A DNA stretch of 64,000 nt from an uncultured Bacteroidota bacterium (GCA_963843415.1 CAWJKD010000005.1:563059-627058); one strand, 5' to 3'. Numbered from the stretch's first letter, positions 1 to 10,967 are shown. Translations and numbers: made by a program. Notes: generated by a model not told the origin, from the letters alone.

Positions 1-318
1 GGGATGAACCTGGATCGAAAGATCTTCTCTGGCTTCAATGAACTTTATTAGCAGGGGGAATTCATTTCCAAACTTGTCAAAAACAACATCGCCTGTTATA
101 TCACCCATATAGACTTCAATAAGTTCTTCTATATTGTTTCCCGAAAGAAACCCATTGGTGACAACGGAAAGGTTATTTGTCACTGCAGATATTTCCCAGC
201 TTTCACCATATTTTACAGATGCATCAGCCCTCTTATGATAATTGTTTACAAGAGAATTTCCGCCCCAGATTCTCTCCTTCAGGATACTTTCAAATTTAAG
301 CGGGTAGAGTTCTGACAT
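1..318 (-). CDS. manA: mannose-6-phosphate isomerase, class I (N-terminal 106 aa; gene runs off the window start)
   Basis: Not in the ORF track because it is truncated. My minus-strand translation from the ATG at 318 reads MSELYPLKFESILKERIWGGNSL...YGESWEISAV...FPLLIKFIEAREDLSIQVHP. The RIWGG, GESWE and QVHP motifs are what I associate with type I PMI cupins. Confidence 0.55.
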   Translation of the reverse strand, partial: MSELYPLKFESILKERIWGGNSLVNNYHKRADASVKYGESWEISAVTNNLSVVTNGFLSGNNIEELIEVYMGDITGDVVFDKFGNEFPLLIKFIEAREDLSIQVHP

Positions 319-419
319 TTGAAATTTAGCTAAGAGTATTACAATTTTTAGCTCATTGCGAGCCTGTTTTTAAAACTAATTACTATTTTGTAATTTTAAT
401 AATACAAACTTACGAATAA

Positions 420-1049
420 ATGCTGACTGTAGGAATAGCAGGTGGAACCGGTTCAGGAAAAACTACTGTTGTAAATAAATTACTTGAAGCTTTTCCTGAT
501 GGAAAAATAATTGTGATCCCACAGGATTCCTATTATAAAGATAATGGACAAATTCCTCTTGAAGAGAGACAAAAAATAAATTTTGACCATCCTGATTCTC
601 TCGAATTCAGTCTGCTGATTGACCACCTCAGGCAGCTCAAAAAAGGGAAACCTGTTGAGATGCCAATTTATTCCTATCTGACTTGTCTCAGGGCAAAAGA
701 GACAATTACAGTCAAACCGGCAAGGGTTGTTATTGTTGAAGGGATTTTGATACTTGCAGATCAGGGTTTGCGTGATATACTTGATATCAAAGTATTTGTG
801 GATGCAGATGCTGACGACCGCCTAGGTCGCGTAATCCAGAGGGATATAATCGAAAGAGGGAGATCGGTGCTTAAAGTTCTCGAGAGATACAACGATACGG
901 TAAAACCTTCTCATCTTCAGTTCATTGAGCCATCCAAACGATATGCCGATATAATAATTCCGGGAGGAGGAGAGAACCAGGTAGGTATTGAAGTACTTAT
1001 TTCAATTATAGAAAAACATTTAAATAAAAAATCCAAAGGCCATGCTTGA
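420..1049 (+). CDS. udk: uridine kinase
   Basis: 209 aa. P-loop GIAGGTGSGKTT, then DSYY and FDHPDS motifs typical of uridine/cytidine kinase. Confidence 0.9.
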   Translation: MLTVGIAGGTGSGKTTVVNKLLEAFPDGKIIVIPQDSYYKDNGQIPLEERQKINFDHPDSLEFSLLIDHLRQLKKGKPVEMPIYSYLTCLRAKETITVKPARVVIVEGILILADQGLRDILDIKVFVDADADDRLGRVIQRDIIERGRSVLKVLERYNDTVKPSHLQFIEPSKRYADIIIPGGGENQVGIEVLISIIEKHLNKKSKGHA

Positions 1050-1767
1050 TAGTATCCGGGTTGAAGATATATTGTTTATTGATATTGAGACAATTCCTCA
1101 GGAATCATCGATTAATTCTTTAGATCCTGCGATGCAGTTACTGTGGGAAAAGAAATCGAAACTTTTCAGAAATCCTGACCAGACGGCAGAAGATGTTTAT
1201 GAAAGGGCCGGGATCTATTCTGAATTCGGAAGAATAATCTGCATTTCAGTCGGATTCATTAAAGAAAAAAATCCTTTCACTCTCAGATTAAAATCATTTT
1301 TTGCTGTCGATGAGAAATCCCTTCTAAATGATTTTTCAGGCATGATATCAAAGTTTTCAAAATCGAACAGAGAGGCCTTGTTATGTGCTCATAATGGTAA
1401 GGAATTTGATTTCCCGTATATCGCCCGCAGAATGATAATCAACAGGCTTGTAATACCGGAAATTCTTGACAACGCCGGAAAAAAGCCTTGGGAGATAAAA
1501 CTCCTGGATACAATGGATCTGTGGAAATTCGGGGACTATAAAAATTATACATCTCTTGAACTGCTTACTTCGGTTCTTGGAATTCAATCACCTAAAAATG
1601 ATATTGATGGCAGCATGGTTGCAGGGGTCTATTATAAAGAAAAAGATCTTAAACGTATAATCAAATATTGCGAGAAGGATGTTCTGGCGATCGCACAGGT
1701 ACTTTTACGGTTCATGAACCTGCCCGCAATACAAGAGGACAGAATTGAATCGGTAACAGCTTTATGA
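1042..1767 (+). CDS. RNase H-fold 3'-5' exonuclease (PolB-exonuclease-like)
   Basis: 241 aa. ExoI-like FIDIETIP near the N-terminus, later HNGKEFDFP and YCEKDV motifs. The start overlaps the udk stop by 8 nt (ATGCTTGA). Confidence 0.65.
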   Translation: MLDSIRVEDILFIDIETIPQESSINSLDPAMQLLWEKKSKLFRNPDQTAEDVYERAGIYSEFGRIICISVGFIKEKNPFTLRLKSFFAVDEKSLLNDFSGMISKFSKSNREALLCAHNGKEFDFPYIARRMIINRLVIPEILDNAGKKPWEIKLLDTMDLWKFGDYKNYTSLELLTSVLGIQSPKNDIDGSMVAGVYYKEKDLKRIIKYCEKDVLAIAQVLLRFMNLPAIQEDRIESVTAL

Positions 1768-1813
1768 GTCCCCGGTTACGATTCACGGAACTCTACCGAA
1801 GGCAAGCCATCAT

Positions 1814-2614
1814 CTATTTTTCAAGCAAGCTTATAAAGGCTTCTTCCACAGCTTCCGGATTATCTGTATGGATCCAATGGCCTGCATTTTTTACAATTCT
1901 GAGTTCAGCTGCGGGGAAAATTTTAAGTATATCGTTCCAGTCGCCGGAAGGCAGATAATCTGAATTTTCACCCTTCAGAAACAAAACCGGGAATCCTGTA
2001 ATCTGAGAGATGCCGTCAGTTGTTCTGGGCAATCCCTCCATGATTTTATCAAGATTATTCAGGAGAGCGGCTGCATTAATCTTCCATGCGAATTTGTTGT
2101 CAGGTGTCCGTTTCAGATTTTTCATAATAAATGCTCTGAATTTTTGCGAATGGAACTTTCCTGCTAAAAGGTTATCAATATCGTTTCTTGACATAGCAGC
2201 AGATACATCGGTTTCAAGAATAGTTCTGAGAATTGACAGCCCCAGATCAAATTCTTTTGATCCTGAATTTACTGTAAGAAAAGGAGAGATGTCTGCTATG
2301 ACCAGTCCGCAGATCCTTTCCGGATTTTTTAACGTAAAATGGATAGCTGCTTTGCCTCCCATACTGTGTCCGGCCAGGTAAAACCTCCCAAGTCCCAGTT
2401 CCCCTGCGAACTCGCAGAGATCAGAGCTTAGGGAGTTGTAATCGTTAACATCGTTATGAGGCGATAATCCATGGTTCCTAAGATCTGGAAGATAGACTGT
2501 GTAACTATTGCTTATACATTTAGCAATTGTAACCCAGTTGTCAGATGATCCGCATAATCCATGGAGTATTACAAGTGGAGCTCCATCGCCATATTTTCTG
2601 TAGAATAATTTCAT
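1814..2614 (-). CDS. alpha/beta hydrolase (YbfF-like esterase)
   Basis: 266 aa. HG oxyanion motif (LVILHGL), nucleophile elbow GHSMGG, C-terminal GHW.H. Confidence 0.8.
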   Translation of the reverse strand: MKLFYRKYGDGAPLVILHGLCGSSDNWVTIAKCISNSYTVYLPDLRNHGLSPHNDVNDYNSLSSDLCEFAGELGLGRFYLAGHSMGGKAAIHFTLKNPERICGLVIADISPFLTVNSGSKEFDLGLSILRTILETDVSAAMSRNDIDNLLAGKFHSQKFRAFIMKNLKRTPDNKFAWKINAAALLNNLDKIMEGLPRTTDGISQITGFPVLFLKGENSDYLPSGDWNDILKIFPAAELRIVKNAGHWIHTDNPEAVEEAFISLLEK

Positions 2615-2621
2615 TTAACTT

Positions 2622-3338
2622 TTAATCGGCCAATTGTCTTTTGTATAACTGGATTGCATTTTCAAGTCCCAGATACAGCGCATCTGATATCAGTGCATGA
2701 CCTATTGATACTTCCAGAATCCATGGGATGCTTTTATGGAAGTAGTTCAGGTTATCAAGGTTCAGATCGTGACCTGCATTAATACCAAGTCCGGCATCTC
2801 TTGCTATCATGGCTGCTTTAACGAAAGGATCTATTGCCTCAGCGGCGTTTGTGTTGAAACCGCTGGCATATGGTTCGGTGTAGAGTTCTATCCTGTCAGT
2901 TCCGGTAATAACTGCATTTTCAATATTAACAGCTTTCGTATCGATAAACAGAGATGTTCTGATACCAGCTTTTTTAAATGTCGAAACAACATCAGTCAGG
3001 AAGGTCCTGTTCCGTTGAGTATCCCAGCCTGTATTTGAAGTAATTGCATCATGTCGGTCGGGTACGAGTGTTACCTGGTGTGGTTTAACTGATAAAACAA
3101 GGTCAATAAAGCTGTCGGAAGGATTCCCTTCAATATTAAATTCCGTTTTTATTATCGGCCTGATTTCGAGCACATCTTTGTATCTGATATGTCTCTCATC
3201 GGGGCGTGGATGGACTGTTATCCCATCAGCACCAAAGAGCTGACAGTTAATGGCTGCATTCAGTACATTGGGTATATTTCCGCCTCTCGCATTTCGGAGA
3301 GTTGCAATTTTATTTATATTAACACTTAATTTTGTCAT
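2622..3338 (-). CDS. pdxJ: pyridoxine 5'-phosphate synthase
   Basis: 238 aa. [20 protein letters not shown]...HPRPDERHI...GHDLN, full-length PdxJ pattern. Confidence 0.9.
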   Translation of the reverse strand: MTKLSVNINKIATLRNARGGNIPNVLNAAINCQLFGADGITVHPRPDERHIRYKDVLEIRPIIKTEFNIEGNPSDSFIDLVLSVKPHQVTLVPDRHDAITSNTGWDTQRNRTFLTDVVSTFKKAGIRTSLFIDTKAVNIENAVITGTDRIELYTEPYASGFNTNAAEAIDPFVKAAMIARDAGLGINAGHDLNLDNLNYFHKSIPWILEVSIGHALISDALYLGLENAIQLYKRQLAD

Positions 3339-3430
3339 ATAATATATGAATGAGTTTTCCGTAATGTATTCGAATACAAAATTAACAGAACTACCTTTTT
3401 TTTACTATTTTAGATGAAAATTAAAAAAAT

Positions 3431-4096
3431 ATGGTTGCAAATGACCTGATATCTGATATTATTCCGTCGCTGAAAACGTCTGATACCGGACAGACAGCGT
3501 TGAACTGGATGGAAATTTTCAGGATATCCCATTTACCAATTGTGAACAATCAGGATTTTCTCGGCCTGATTTCAGATACTGATATTTATGATATGAATCA
3601 GCCTGAGGAGCCGATAGGTAACCACGAACTTACACTTTTAAAACCGTATGTCACTACTAACCAGCACCTCTTTGAGGTTATTGGTCTTGCTTCCAGGCTC
3701 AAATTGTCGGCTGTCCCGGTTCTTGATGATGACAACCATTATAAAGGATTAATTACGACAAGTGATCTCGTAAGGCATATTGCCGGTATATCTTCAATGG
3801 ATCAGCCCGGAGGTATCATAGTCCTTGAAATGATCGAAAGGGATTATTCTCTTTCACAGATTGCACAGATTGTTGAAAGCAATAGTATAAAAGTCCTGAG
3901 TATGTATATCACTTCTCCGGCAGACTCAACGAGACTGGAGGTTACTTTAAAAGTAAACACAACAGACTTGCTTGCAGTTATCAGAACTTTCGAAAGGTAT
4001 AATTATGATGTTAAAACATGGGTTACAACCAATGATTCCATCGACCGTTTCTATTCTGAAAGATTTGACCTTCTGATGAAATATCTTAATATGTAA
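3431..4096 (+). CDS. CBS domain-containing protein
   Basis: 221 aa. Tandem CBS-like segments (HLPIVNNQDFLGLISDTDI; AVPVLDDDNHYKGLITTSDL). Ends 6 nt before nadK. Confidence 0.7.
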   Translation: MVANDLISDIIPSLKTSDTGQTALNWMEIFRISHLPIVNNQDFLGLISDTDIYDMNQPEEPIGNHELTLLKPYVTTNQHLFEVIGLASRLKLSAVPVLDDDNHYKGLITTSDLVRHIAGISSMDQPGGIIVLEMIERDYSLSQIAQIVESNSIKVLSMYITSPADSTRLEVTLKVNTTDLLAVIRTFERYNYDVKTWVTTNDSIDRFYSERFDLLMKYLNM

Positions 4097-4102
4097 CAGA
4101 AT

Positions 4103-4981
4103 ATGTTGCGGAGAGTTGCTATTTTCAGTAAGGATAATAATCCTAAAACCAGGGATGGTGTCAAAACACTTATTGATGAATTTTTCAAACGGGGAATTAA
4201 AATTCAGTTATATCAGAAATCATTCAATGGGAACGCTAATTACCCTGCAGAAAAAGTAGAATCATTTGATAATATATCTTCATTGTCACTCCTTCCCGAT
4301 ATGATTCTGAGTGTCGGAGGCGACGGGACTTTTCTTGAGACAGTTCTTAAGGTCAAGGATCTGGGAATACCGGTTGCCGGTGTCAATACGGGCAGAATGG
4401 GTTTCCTGGCAAATATTCCCAATGAGGAGATCGGAGCCTCACTCGATCTGTTATGCGACGGTGAATTTGAAATAATAAAAAGATCTTTGCTTGAAATCTC
4501 CCATCCGGCGGGATTATTTGAAGGTGAGTCAGCAACTGCTCTGAATGAAATAACTATTCAGAAGGCAAATATGAGCATGATTACAATTCATGTTTATGTT
4601 AACGACGAATTTCTTAATACATATTGGGCTGACGGATTGATCGTATCAACAGCCACAGGCTCAACAGCTTATAATCTCAGTGTGGGTGGTCCAATTCTTT
4701 CCCCTGAAGATGAGAGTATTATTATCTCTCCAATTTCGCCCCACAATCTTACTATCAGGCCGATCGTGCTATCTGGAGACAGCCGGCTGAAGATGATTCT
4801 GGAAGCAAGGTCGGATGAATTTCTGGCTACATGTGATTTCAGATACAGAAGACTTCCTGTTGGTGAGGAGATCACTATAATTAAAAGTAATACAACTCTG
4901 AATACTGTTATGCTGAAGGGGAGAGACTTTTACAGCACATTGAGAAACAGATTGATGTGGGGGATCGACAGAAGGAATTAA
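4103..4981 (+). CDS. nadK: NAD kinase
   Basis: 292 aa. GGDGT motif (VGGDGTFL), NxGxxGFL (NTGRMGFL), and STATGSTAYNLSVGGPI. Confidence 0.9.
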   Translation: MLRRVAIFSKDNNPKTRDGVKTLIDEFFKRGIKIQLYQKSFNGNANYPAEKVESFDNISSLSLLPDMILSVGGDGTFLETVLKVKDLGIPVAGVNTGRMGFLANIPNEEIGASLDLLCDGEFEIIKRSLLEISHPAGLFEGESATALNEITIQKANMSMITIHVYVNDEFLNTYWADGLIVSTATGSTAYNLSVGGPILSPEDESIIISPISPHNLTIRPIVLSGDSRLKMILEARSDEFLATCDFRYRRLPVGEEITIIKSNTTLNTVMLKGRDFYSTLRNRLMWGIDRRN

Positions 4982-5117
4982 AATTTTTCCTGGCAATTGA
5001 TCCTGTTTATTCATGATAAAATACTCAACTCGATAATAATGGTTAATTTTGTAAGAGATTGTACATGCTCTAAAATTTAGATTATTATATTTGTATCAGC
5101 AATCAATAAAGCTTATC

Positions 5118-5864
5118 ATGAGAAGGTTCATTTTGGTAATATTCATTCTTTGCCTTGCAGTTCCATATTCACAAGGTCAGTTATGGAAAATGAGAAGGTG
5201 GGAAGCTGTAGGGGGAGCCGGACCATCATTCTTCTTCGGAGATGTAGGTGGATATTCCCGTACGAAGAATTTCCTGGGATTTCGAGACATGACTTATCTG
5301 CAAACCAGATTCGATGTTACGGGCAGCTTCAAATACAGGCTTACACGAACTGCAAATTTAAGATTGAATATGAGTTATGCCCTTTTGAATGCGACTGATG
5401 TAAGGGGATCAAATGAAGGAAGAGAATATGAGTCTTCGACATCGCTTTTTGAACCATCGCTTATAGGAGAATATTATTTTGTCAAAAACAGGGCAGAAAT
5501 GAGCTATCTGTTCTTAAAGGGTAGAAGAAGACCTCTTGCCCAGCTTTTAAGGTCGCTCGATTTTTATGGTTTTGCCGGTGTTGGCGGTGCTGCCTATACA
5601 GTTAAGGCAAATGATGCACTCCTTGAGCGCGATATGCCAACTAATGGTTTCTCCCTTATAATTCCGGGAGGCGTGGGGGCAACTCTTATTTATAATCCCA
5701 ACATTAATTTCGGTGTGGAACTTGGAGGCAGATATGCATTTACTGATTATATTGACGGCTATACTTCACAATTTTCCAAGGCAAATGACGTTTATTATTT
5801 TTTGAACTTTACTGTTACATACAAGCTGAAGACTGGGCCTCATGGCTGGCCATCTCTCAGATGA
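5118..5864 (+). CDS. outer-membrane beta-barrel protein (DUF6089-like, from memory)
   Basis: The track ORF starts at a TTG (5091). The ATG at 5118 gives the signal peptide MRRFILVIFILCLAVPYSQG. Alternating beta-strand pattern, aromatic C-terminus. Paralogous to the next gene. Confidence 0.5.
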   Translation: MRRFILVIFILCLAVPYSQGQLWKMRRWEAVGGAGPSFFFGDVGGYSRTKNFLGFRDMTYLQTRFDVTGSFKYRLTRTANLRLNMSYALLNATDVRGSNEGREYESSTSLFEPSLIGEYYFVKNRAEMSYLFLKGRRRPLAQLLRSLDFYGFAGVGGAAYTVKANDALLERDMPTNGFSLIIPGGVGATLIYNPNINFGVELGGRYAFTDYIDGYTSQFSKANDVYYFLNFTVTYKLKTGPHGWPSLR

Positions 5865-5885
5865 TAATGAGCGGGATCAGTTTTA

Positions 5886-6563
5886 ATGAAAAGATTACCT
5901 TGGATCTTCTTATTCCTGAGTATTTGTTTTACTGCTGCCGGACAGCGTAGTGCTGATTATGGGATTTTTGCAGGAGCTTCATCCTACCTGGGTGACATAA
6001 ATCCTAACAGACTTCTGTATTCTCCGCTCCCTGCAGGCGGACTATTCTACCGTTATAATTTTAATCCGAGACAGGCTTTAAGAGCCAATCTGTTTTTCGG
6101 AGGAATAAGAGCCGATGACCTTGATTTTAATAACAGCTTCCAGCAGAACAGGGCTATATCTTTCTCAGGTTTTGTAGGAGAGCTGATAGTCCAGTATGAA
6201 TTTAACTTCTTACCTTATACTACTCAGGGTAAATTATGGGATTATACGCCCTACGTTGCCGCTGGTGCCGGTGTTGCATTCATTGATGCCACTTATGCAT
6301 TTGAACCTGTAATCCCTTTTTCGGTGGGATTCAAAGCAAATATTCATAAAAATATGGGTCTGGAGGTTGAATATGGATTTCGTAAAACTTTTTATGATAA
6401 CTTTGACGGCCTAAATGATGTTTTGGTAGATCCATCAGATCGTACATGGACCCATAATAACGACTGGTATTCTTTTGTTGGTATTGCACTTACGTTTAAG
6501 ATATTCAATAAAATGACCGGTTGCCCAACCTATGACGACGTGGATGGGAAAAGAAAACGTTAG
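5886..6563 (+). CDS. outer-membrane beta-barrel protein (DUF6089-like, from memory)
   Basis: 225 aa. Signal peptide MKRLPWIFLFLSICFTAAG, with beta-barrel-like repeats shared with 5118-5864. Confidence 0.5.
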   Translation: MKRLPWIFLFLSICFTAAGQRSADYGIFAGASSYLGDINPNRLLYSPLPAGGLFYRYNFNPRQALRANLFFGGIRADDLDFNNSFQQNRAISFSGFVGELIVQYEFNFLPYTTQGKLWDYTPYVAAGAGVAFIDATYAFEPVIPFSVGFKANIHKNMGLEVEYGFRKTFYDNFDGLNDVLVDPSDRTWTHNNDWYSFVGIALTFKIFNKMTGCPTYDDVDGKRKR

Positions 6564-6566
6564 AAT

Positions 6567-7313
6567 ATGTCGTTGAGAAGGAAAATTATTTCAGATAAAC
6601 TCCCGGTCCATGTTGCGATAATTATGGATGGCAATGGAAGATGGGCCTCCCGGCATGGGAAAAACCGGATTTTTGGTCATCAGCAGGGAGTCGAATCTGT
6701 GAGGAAAGTTATTGAGGCAGCTGCCGAGATTGGAATAAGGTACATGACTCTGTATGCTTTCTCAACGGAAAACTGGAGAAGACCTGATGATGAAGTATCT
6801 GCCCTAATGGGAATTATGGTTCAATCCCTTAATAATGAAACAGATACACTGTTGAAAAACAATATCAGGCTTACTTTTGTCGGGGATTTTGACAGACTGG
6901 ATGATGACGTTAGATTAAAGTTATTTGAAACTATTAATATCACTTCAGTATCTACCGGACTGAATCTTATTGTGGCTCTTAGTTATAGCTCAAGATGGGA
7001 GATTATTGAGGCTGTTAAAGAAATTGCGGCTGAGGTTGCAGAAGGAAGCCTGGAAACAGAGTCTATTGATGAGGCTGAATTCGAGAAACGTCTTTGCACC
7101 AGCGGTATTCCTGATCCGGACCTTTTAATAAGGACCAGTGGAGAATTGAGAATAAGCAATTTTCTTTTGTGGCAGATTGCTTATACGGAATTATATTTCA
7201 CAGATATACTTTGGCCTGATTTTGGTAAGGAAGATTTTTATTATGCTATAATTGACTTCCAGAACAGAGAAAGAAGATTTGGGAAGACGGGTGAACAGAT
7301 ATTGGAAAAATAA
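6567..7313 (+). CDS. uppS: isoprenyl transferase / undecaprenyl-diphosphate synthase
   Basis: 248 aa. HVAIIMDGNGRWA, FSTENW.RP, IRTSGE.R.SNFLLWQ.AY.E. Confidence 0.9.
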   Translation: MSLRRKIISDKLPVHVAIIMDGNGRWASRHGKNRIFGHQQGVESVRKVIEAAAEIGIRYMTLYAFSTENWRRPDDEVSALMGIMVQSLNNETDTLLKNNIRLTFVGDFDRLDDDVRLKLFETINITSVSTGLNLIVALSYSSRWEIIEAVKEIAAEVAEGSLETESIDEAEFEKRLCTSGIPDPDLLIRTSGELRISNFLLWQIAYTELYFTDILWPDFGKEDFYYAIIDFQNRERRFGKTGEQILEK

Positions 7314-7317
7314 TGAA

Positions 7318-9831
7318 ATGATGAGGAGAATAACACTTCTAAGGGTTATAGCAGGGCTATTTTTGGCAACAATTGGTATTTCCGTATATGCTCAGGATGG
7401 GAAAGAGATAATTGACTATACGAACTCCGACGAATATGTAATCGGAGGGGTATCGGTCTCAGGAATAAGATACCTGGATCTGAATGCTCTTATCGGAATT
7501 TCAGGGTTAAGAATCGGTCAGGAGGTAACAATACCCGGGGATGCAATAACAAATGCGGCACAACGATTATGGCAGCAGGGTTTATTTTCAGATGTTAAGA
7601 TCCTTGCCGATAGATTTTCTGCAGACACAGTATTCCTTGATATTTTCCTTCAGGAGCGCTCAAGGATATCGTCCATTAGATATAACGGTTTAAAGACATC
7701 TGAAATTCAGGATCTTTCAGAAAAAATCAATATGCCTGTTGGTTCTCAGGTTACATCTTATATTATCGAGAATACGAAAAAAATAATCCGGGATCATTTT
7801 GTTGAAAAAGGATTCCTGAATACTACAGTCGAATTTGTTCAGAAAGATGATCCTGAGCAACCCAATAATGTTGTAATTACTATCGATGTTAATAAAAGCG
7901 AAAAAGTAAAAATCGGTGAAATGACCTTTGTCGGGAATGAGTATTTTGAGGAAAAGAAACTTCGCCGGCAGATGAAGGATACCAAGAAAAAGAATCTTAA
8001 TTTCTTTAAGCCGTCGAAATATATCAATGATAAGTACGAGGAGGATAAATATAAGCTTATTACTTTTTACAACGATAATGGATTTAAAGATTTTGAGATC
8101 CTTTCAGATTCTCTTTATAAGATTTCCGAGGATAGGGTCGGACTCCTCATCAGAGTTGATGAAGGTAATCAGTATTTCCTCAGAAATGTTGAATGGGTAG
8201 GGAACAGTGTTTACCGGAAAGAGACACTTGACAGGGTTTTCAATGTTGAGAAAGGATCAGTTTACAATCAGTCACTTATTCTTGACAGGCTTAGAGGAGC
8301 CAGTGGTGCAGAGGATGCTGTAAGTAATCTTTACCTTGATTATGGTTATCTTTCTTCACAGCTTAATCCTGTTGAGGCTAAGGTCGAAGGTGATTCAATT
8401 GATCTGGAAATCAGAATATACGAAGGCGAACAGGCATATATTAATAATGTTATTATTGCGGGGAATACGCGGACAAATGAACATATTGCCCGGCGCGAAC
8501 TTTACACTCTTCCGGGAGATCTCTTCAGCAAACAGGACATATTAAGATCAATTCGTCAGCTCGGTGTGCTTGGTCATTTTGACCCTGAGAAGATCAATCC
8601 TACACCAATTTCAGATATTACAACCGGTACGGTCGATCTTCTCTATAAGCTTGAAGAGAAAGCTAATGATCAGTTTGAAATATCAGGAGGCTGGGGCGCA
8701 GGAATGATGGTGGGTACAATAGGAGTAAGGTTCAATAATTTTGCCATGCGCAATTTCTTTAAACTGAGTGAATGGCGGCCATATCCCTCCGGAGACGGCC
8801 AGTCACTAAGTATAAGGGCTCAGTCGAACGGACGCGTTTACCAGTCTTACAATGTATCATTCAGTGAGCCCTGGCTGGGAGGCAAAAAACCAAATTCATT
8901 TTCTGTCTCTCTCTACAGATCACTGATGACAAATGGAACCAAAAAAGGTGAAGATGGCTATCAGTCGATGATAATTGACGGAGCCTCAATGGGATTGGGA
9001 AAAAGAGTTGAATGGCCTGATGACTTCTTCTCAATTTACGGAGAGACAAGCTACCAGAGATATAATCTAAATAATTATAACTATTACCAGTTTCTTTTTG
9101 AGAATGGACAGTCGAACCTGCTGAGCTTTACAGGAAAGATAACAAGATTCTCTGTGGGTCCCAATCTGATTTACCCAAGAAGCGGATCATCATTCTCATT
9201 ATCCTTACAGTTAACTCCGCCTTATACGGCTATCAGCGGAAAGGATATGTCTGGTTTGCCGGATGAAGAAAAATATAAATGGATAGAATTCCACAAATGG
9301 GTGTTCAAATCAGAAAATTATATTCCTCTTTCGAAAAATGATAAACTAGTGCTAAGTGCCCGTTTTGCATTCGGATACCTGGGATATTACAATAAAAAAA
9401 TCGGTCCTTCACCGTTTGAGAACTTTTACGTGGGTGGTGATGGTATGACCGGATATAGTTTCTATGGACGGGAAATTATTGCATTGAGGGGTTATACAAA
9501 CGGTTCATTAACTCCGACGGACGAAGAGACAGGAGCTTCAGCAGGTAATGTTTATTCAAAGATCACTCTGGAGCTCAGGTATCCTGTCTCCCTCAATCAG
9601 CAGGCAACAATTTATGGTCTTGCTTTTCTCGAAGCAGGGAGAGCATGGCGCGATATCAAAGAATATAATCCTTTCAGGATGAACAGGGCTGCCGGCATCG
9701 GGCTCAGGGCTAATCTCCCGATGTTCGGATTACTCGGTATCGACTGGGGTTATGGATTCGATGATGTTCCGACAGGCGCAAATGATGCTAATAAATCGCA
9801 ATTTCATTTTGTAATAGGTCAACAATTTTAA
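7318..9831 (+). CDS. bamA: outer membrane protein assembly factor BamA
   Basis: The track ORF (7252) overlaps uppS. The ATG at 7318 gives MMRRITLLRVIAGLFLATIGISVYAQ (signal peptide). POTRA-like repeats and a C-terminal barrel ending HFVIGQQF. Confidence 0.9.
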   Translation: MMRRITLLRVIAGLFLATIGISVYAQDGKEIIDYTNSDEYVIGGVSVSGIRYLDLNALIGISGLRIGQEVTIPGDAITNAAQRLWQQGLFSDVKILADRFSADTVFLDIFLQERSRISSIRYNGLKTSEIQDLSEKINMPVGSQVTSYIIENTKKIIRDHFVEKGFLNTTVEFVQKDDPEQPNNVVITIDVNKSEKVKIGEMTFVGNEYFEEKKLRRQMKDTKKKNLNFFKPSKYINDKYEEDKYKLITFYNDNGFKDFEILSDSLYKISEDRVGLLIRVDEGNQYFLRNVEWVGNSVYRKETLDRVFNVEKGSVYNQSLILDRLRGASGAEDAVSNLYLDYGYLSSQLNPVEAKVEGDSIDLEIRIYEGEQAYINNVIIAGNTRTNEHIARRELYTLPGDLFSKQDILRSIRQLGVLGHFDPEKINPTPISDITTGTVDLLYKLEEKANDQFEISGGWGAGMMVGTIGVRFNNFAMRNFFKLSEWRPYPSGDGQSLSIRAQSNGRVYQSYNVSFSEPWLGGKKPNSFSVSLYRSLMTNGTKKGEDGYQSMIIDGASMGLGKRVEWPDDFFSIYGETSYQRYNLNNYNYYQFLFENGQSNLLSFTGKITRFSVGPNLIYPRSGSSFSLSLQLTPPYTAISGKDMSGLPDEEKYKWIEFHKWVFKSENYIPLSKNDKLVLSARFAFGYLGYYNKKIGPSPFENFYVGGDGMTGYSFYGREIIALRGYTNGSLTPTDEETGASAGNVYSKITLELRYPVSLNQQATIYGLAFLEAGRAWRDIKEYNPFRMNRAAGIGLRANLPMFGLLGIDWGYGFDDVPTGANDANKSQFHFVIGQQF

Positions 9832-9854
9832 ACAAGAATTTTAAATTTCAAATT

Positions 9855-10370
9855 ATGAAAAAATCAATAGTTATTATAGGAATATTCTTTCTGACCACTG
9901 CCATAGCCCTGGGTCAGAAATATGCATTTGTCGATTCTGAATATATCAGGAAAAACATACCGGCTTTTACAACCGCACAGGAGCAGCTCGATAAACTTTC
10001 GGCACAATGGGAAAAAGAGGTTGCCGACGGTTATACTGTTGTTGAGCAAATGTATAAGTCGTATCAGAATGAAGCCCCCCTGCTTTCGCAGGATATGAAA
10101 ACAAAACGGGAAGAGGCAATCATTAACAAGGAAAAAGAGATGAAAGACCTTCAGAATAAATATTTTGGAATGGAAGGCGAACTTTTCAAGAAAAGAGAGG
10201 AACTCGTCAAACCCATCCAGGATGAGATATTGAAAGCAATAAAAGATATTGCGGTTGAAGGAAGCTATGCAGTTATTTTTGATTCTGCAGCGGGAGGGAA
10301 CATCCTGTTTGCAAATCCAAAATTTGACATCAGCGATCAGGTCCTGGAAAAATTAGGTTTTAAGAATTAA
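9855..10370 (+). CDS. OmpH/Skp family periplasmic chaperone
   Basis: 171 aa. Signal peptide and a coiled-coil K/E/Q-rich body. Canonical position after bamA. Confidence 0.8.
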   Translation: MKKSIVIIGIFFLTTAIALGQKYAFVDSEYIRKNIPAFTTAQEQLDKLSAQWEKEVADGYTVVEQMYKSYQNEAPLLSQDMKTKREEAIINKEKEMKDLQNKYFGMEGELFKKREELVKPIQDEILKAIKDIAVEGSYAVIFDSAAGGNILFANPKFDISDQVLEKLGFKN

Positions 10371-10400
10371 ATAATTACTTTTGCACAAAACAATATTAAA

Positions 10401-10913
10401 ATGAAAAGGATAATTGGAATTACGGCTCTCGTTTTTTTAGTATCATTTGCAGCAGAGGCGCAGAGCTATAAATTCGGACATGTTAATAGCGAAGAACTTA
10501 TACAGGCTTTGCCTGAATATGATTCAGCCAATGTTCAGCTCGAAAACCTTCAGAAAGAGCTGATAAATACTCTTGAGCTTATGTCGGTAGAATTGAATAA
10601 TAAGAGCGAATCATACAATAAGGAAAGTAAAAACCTGACTGACATAGTAAAACAGACAAAGGAGCAGGAACTTATCGATCTGAACAAGCGGATACAGGAT
10701 TTCCAGACAAACGCACAGACACAGCTTCAGAATAAACAGGTAGAGCTTTTTCAACCTATCTACGCAAAAGTCGATAAAGCAATCAAAGATCTGGGTAAGG
10801 AAAATGAATTCCTTTATGTTTTTGATGTTTCCAAAGGCTCACTTCTCTATTTTGACGAAACCAAGAGCACTAATGTAATGGCTCTTGCCAGAACAAAACT
10901 CGGATTGAAATAG
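10401..10913 (+). CDS. OmpH/Skp family periplasmic chaperone (second copy)
   Basis: 170 aa. Signal peptide and a coiled-coil body, in tandem with 9855-10370. Confidence 0.8.
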   Translation: MKRIIGITALVFLVSFAAEAQSYKFGHVNSEELIQALPEYDSANVQLENLQKELINTLELMSVELNNKSESYNKESKNLTDIVKQTKEQELIDLNKRIQDFQTNAQTQLQNKQVELFQPIYAKVDKAIKDLGKENEFLYVFDVSKGSLLYFDETKSTNVMALARTKLGLK

Positions 10914-10931
10914 TCTAATAAACTTATATCA

Positions 10932-10967
10932 ATGACCATCCGTCAGATGGCGGATGGTCATTTTTTT
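10932..10967 (+). terminator. rho-independent terminator after the skp pair
   Basis: Perfect 11-bp stem ATGACCATCCG / CGGATGGTCAT, an 8-nt loop, followed directly by T7. Confidence 0.75.

Noticed and set aside
7252-7317. A longer BamA start overlapping uppS by 62 nt
   Set aside because: The extension (MTSRTEKEDLGRRV...) is just the uppS 3' end read in another frame. The ATG at 7318 gives a proper signal peptide.
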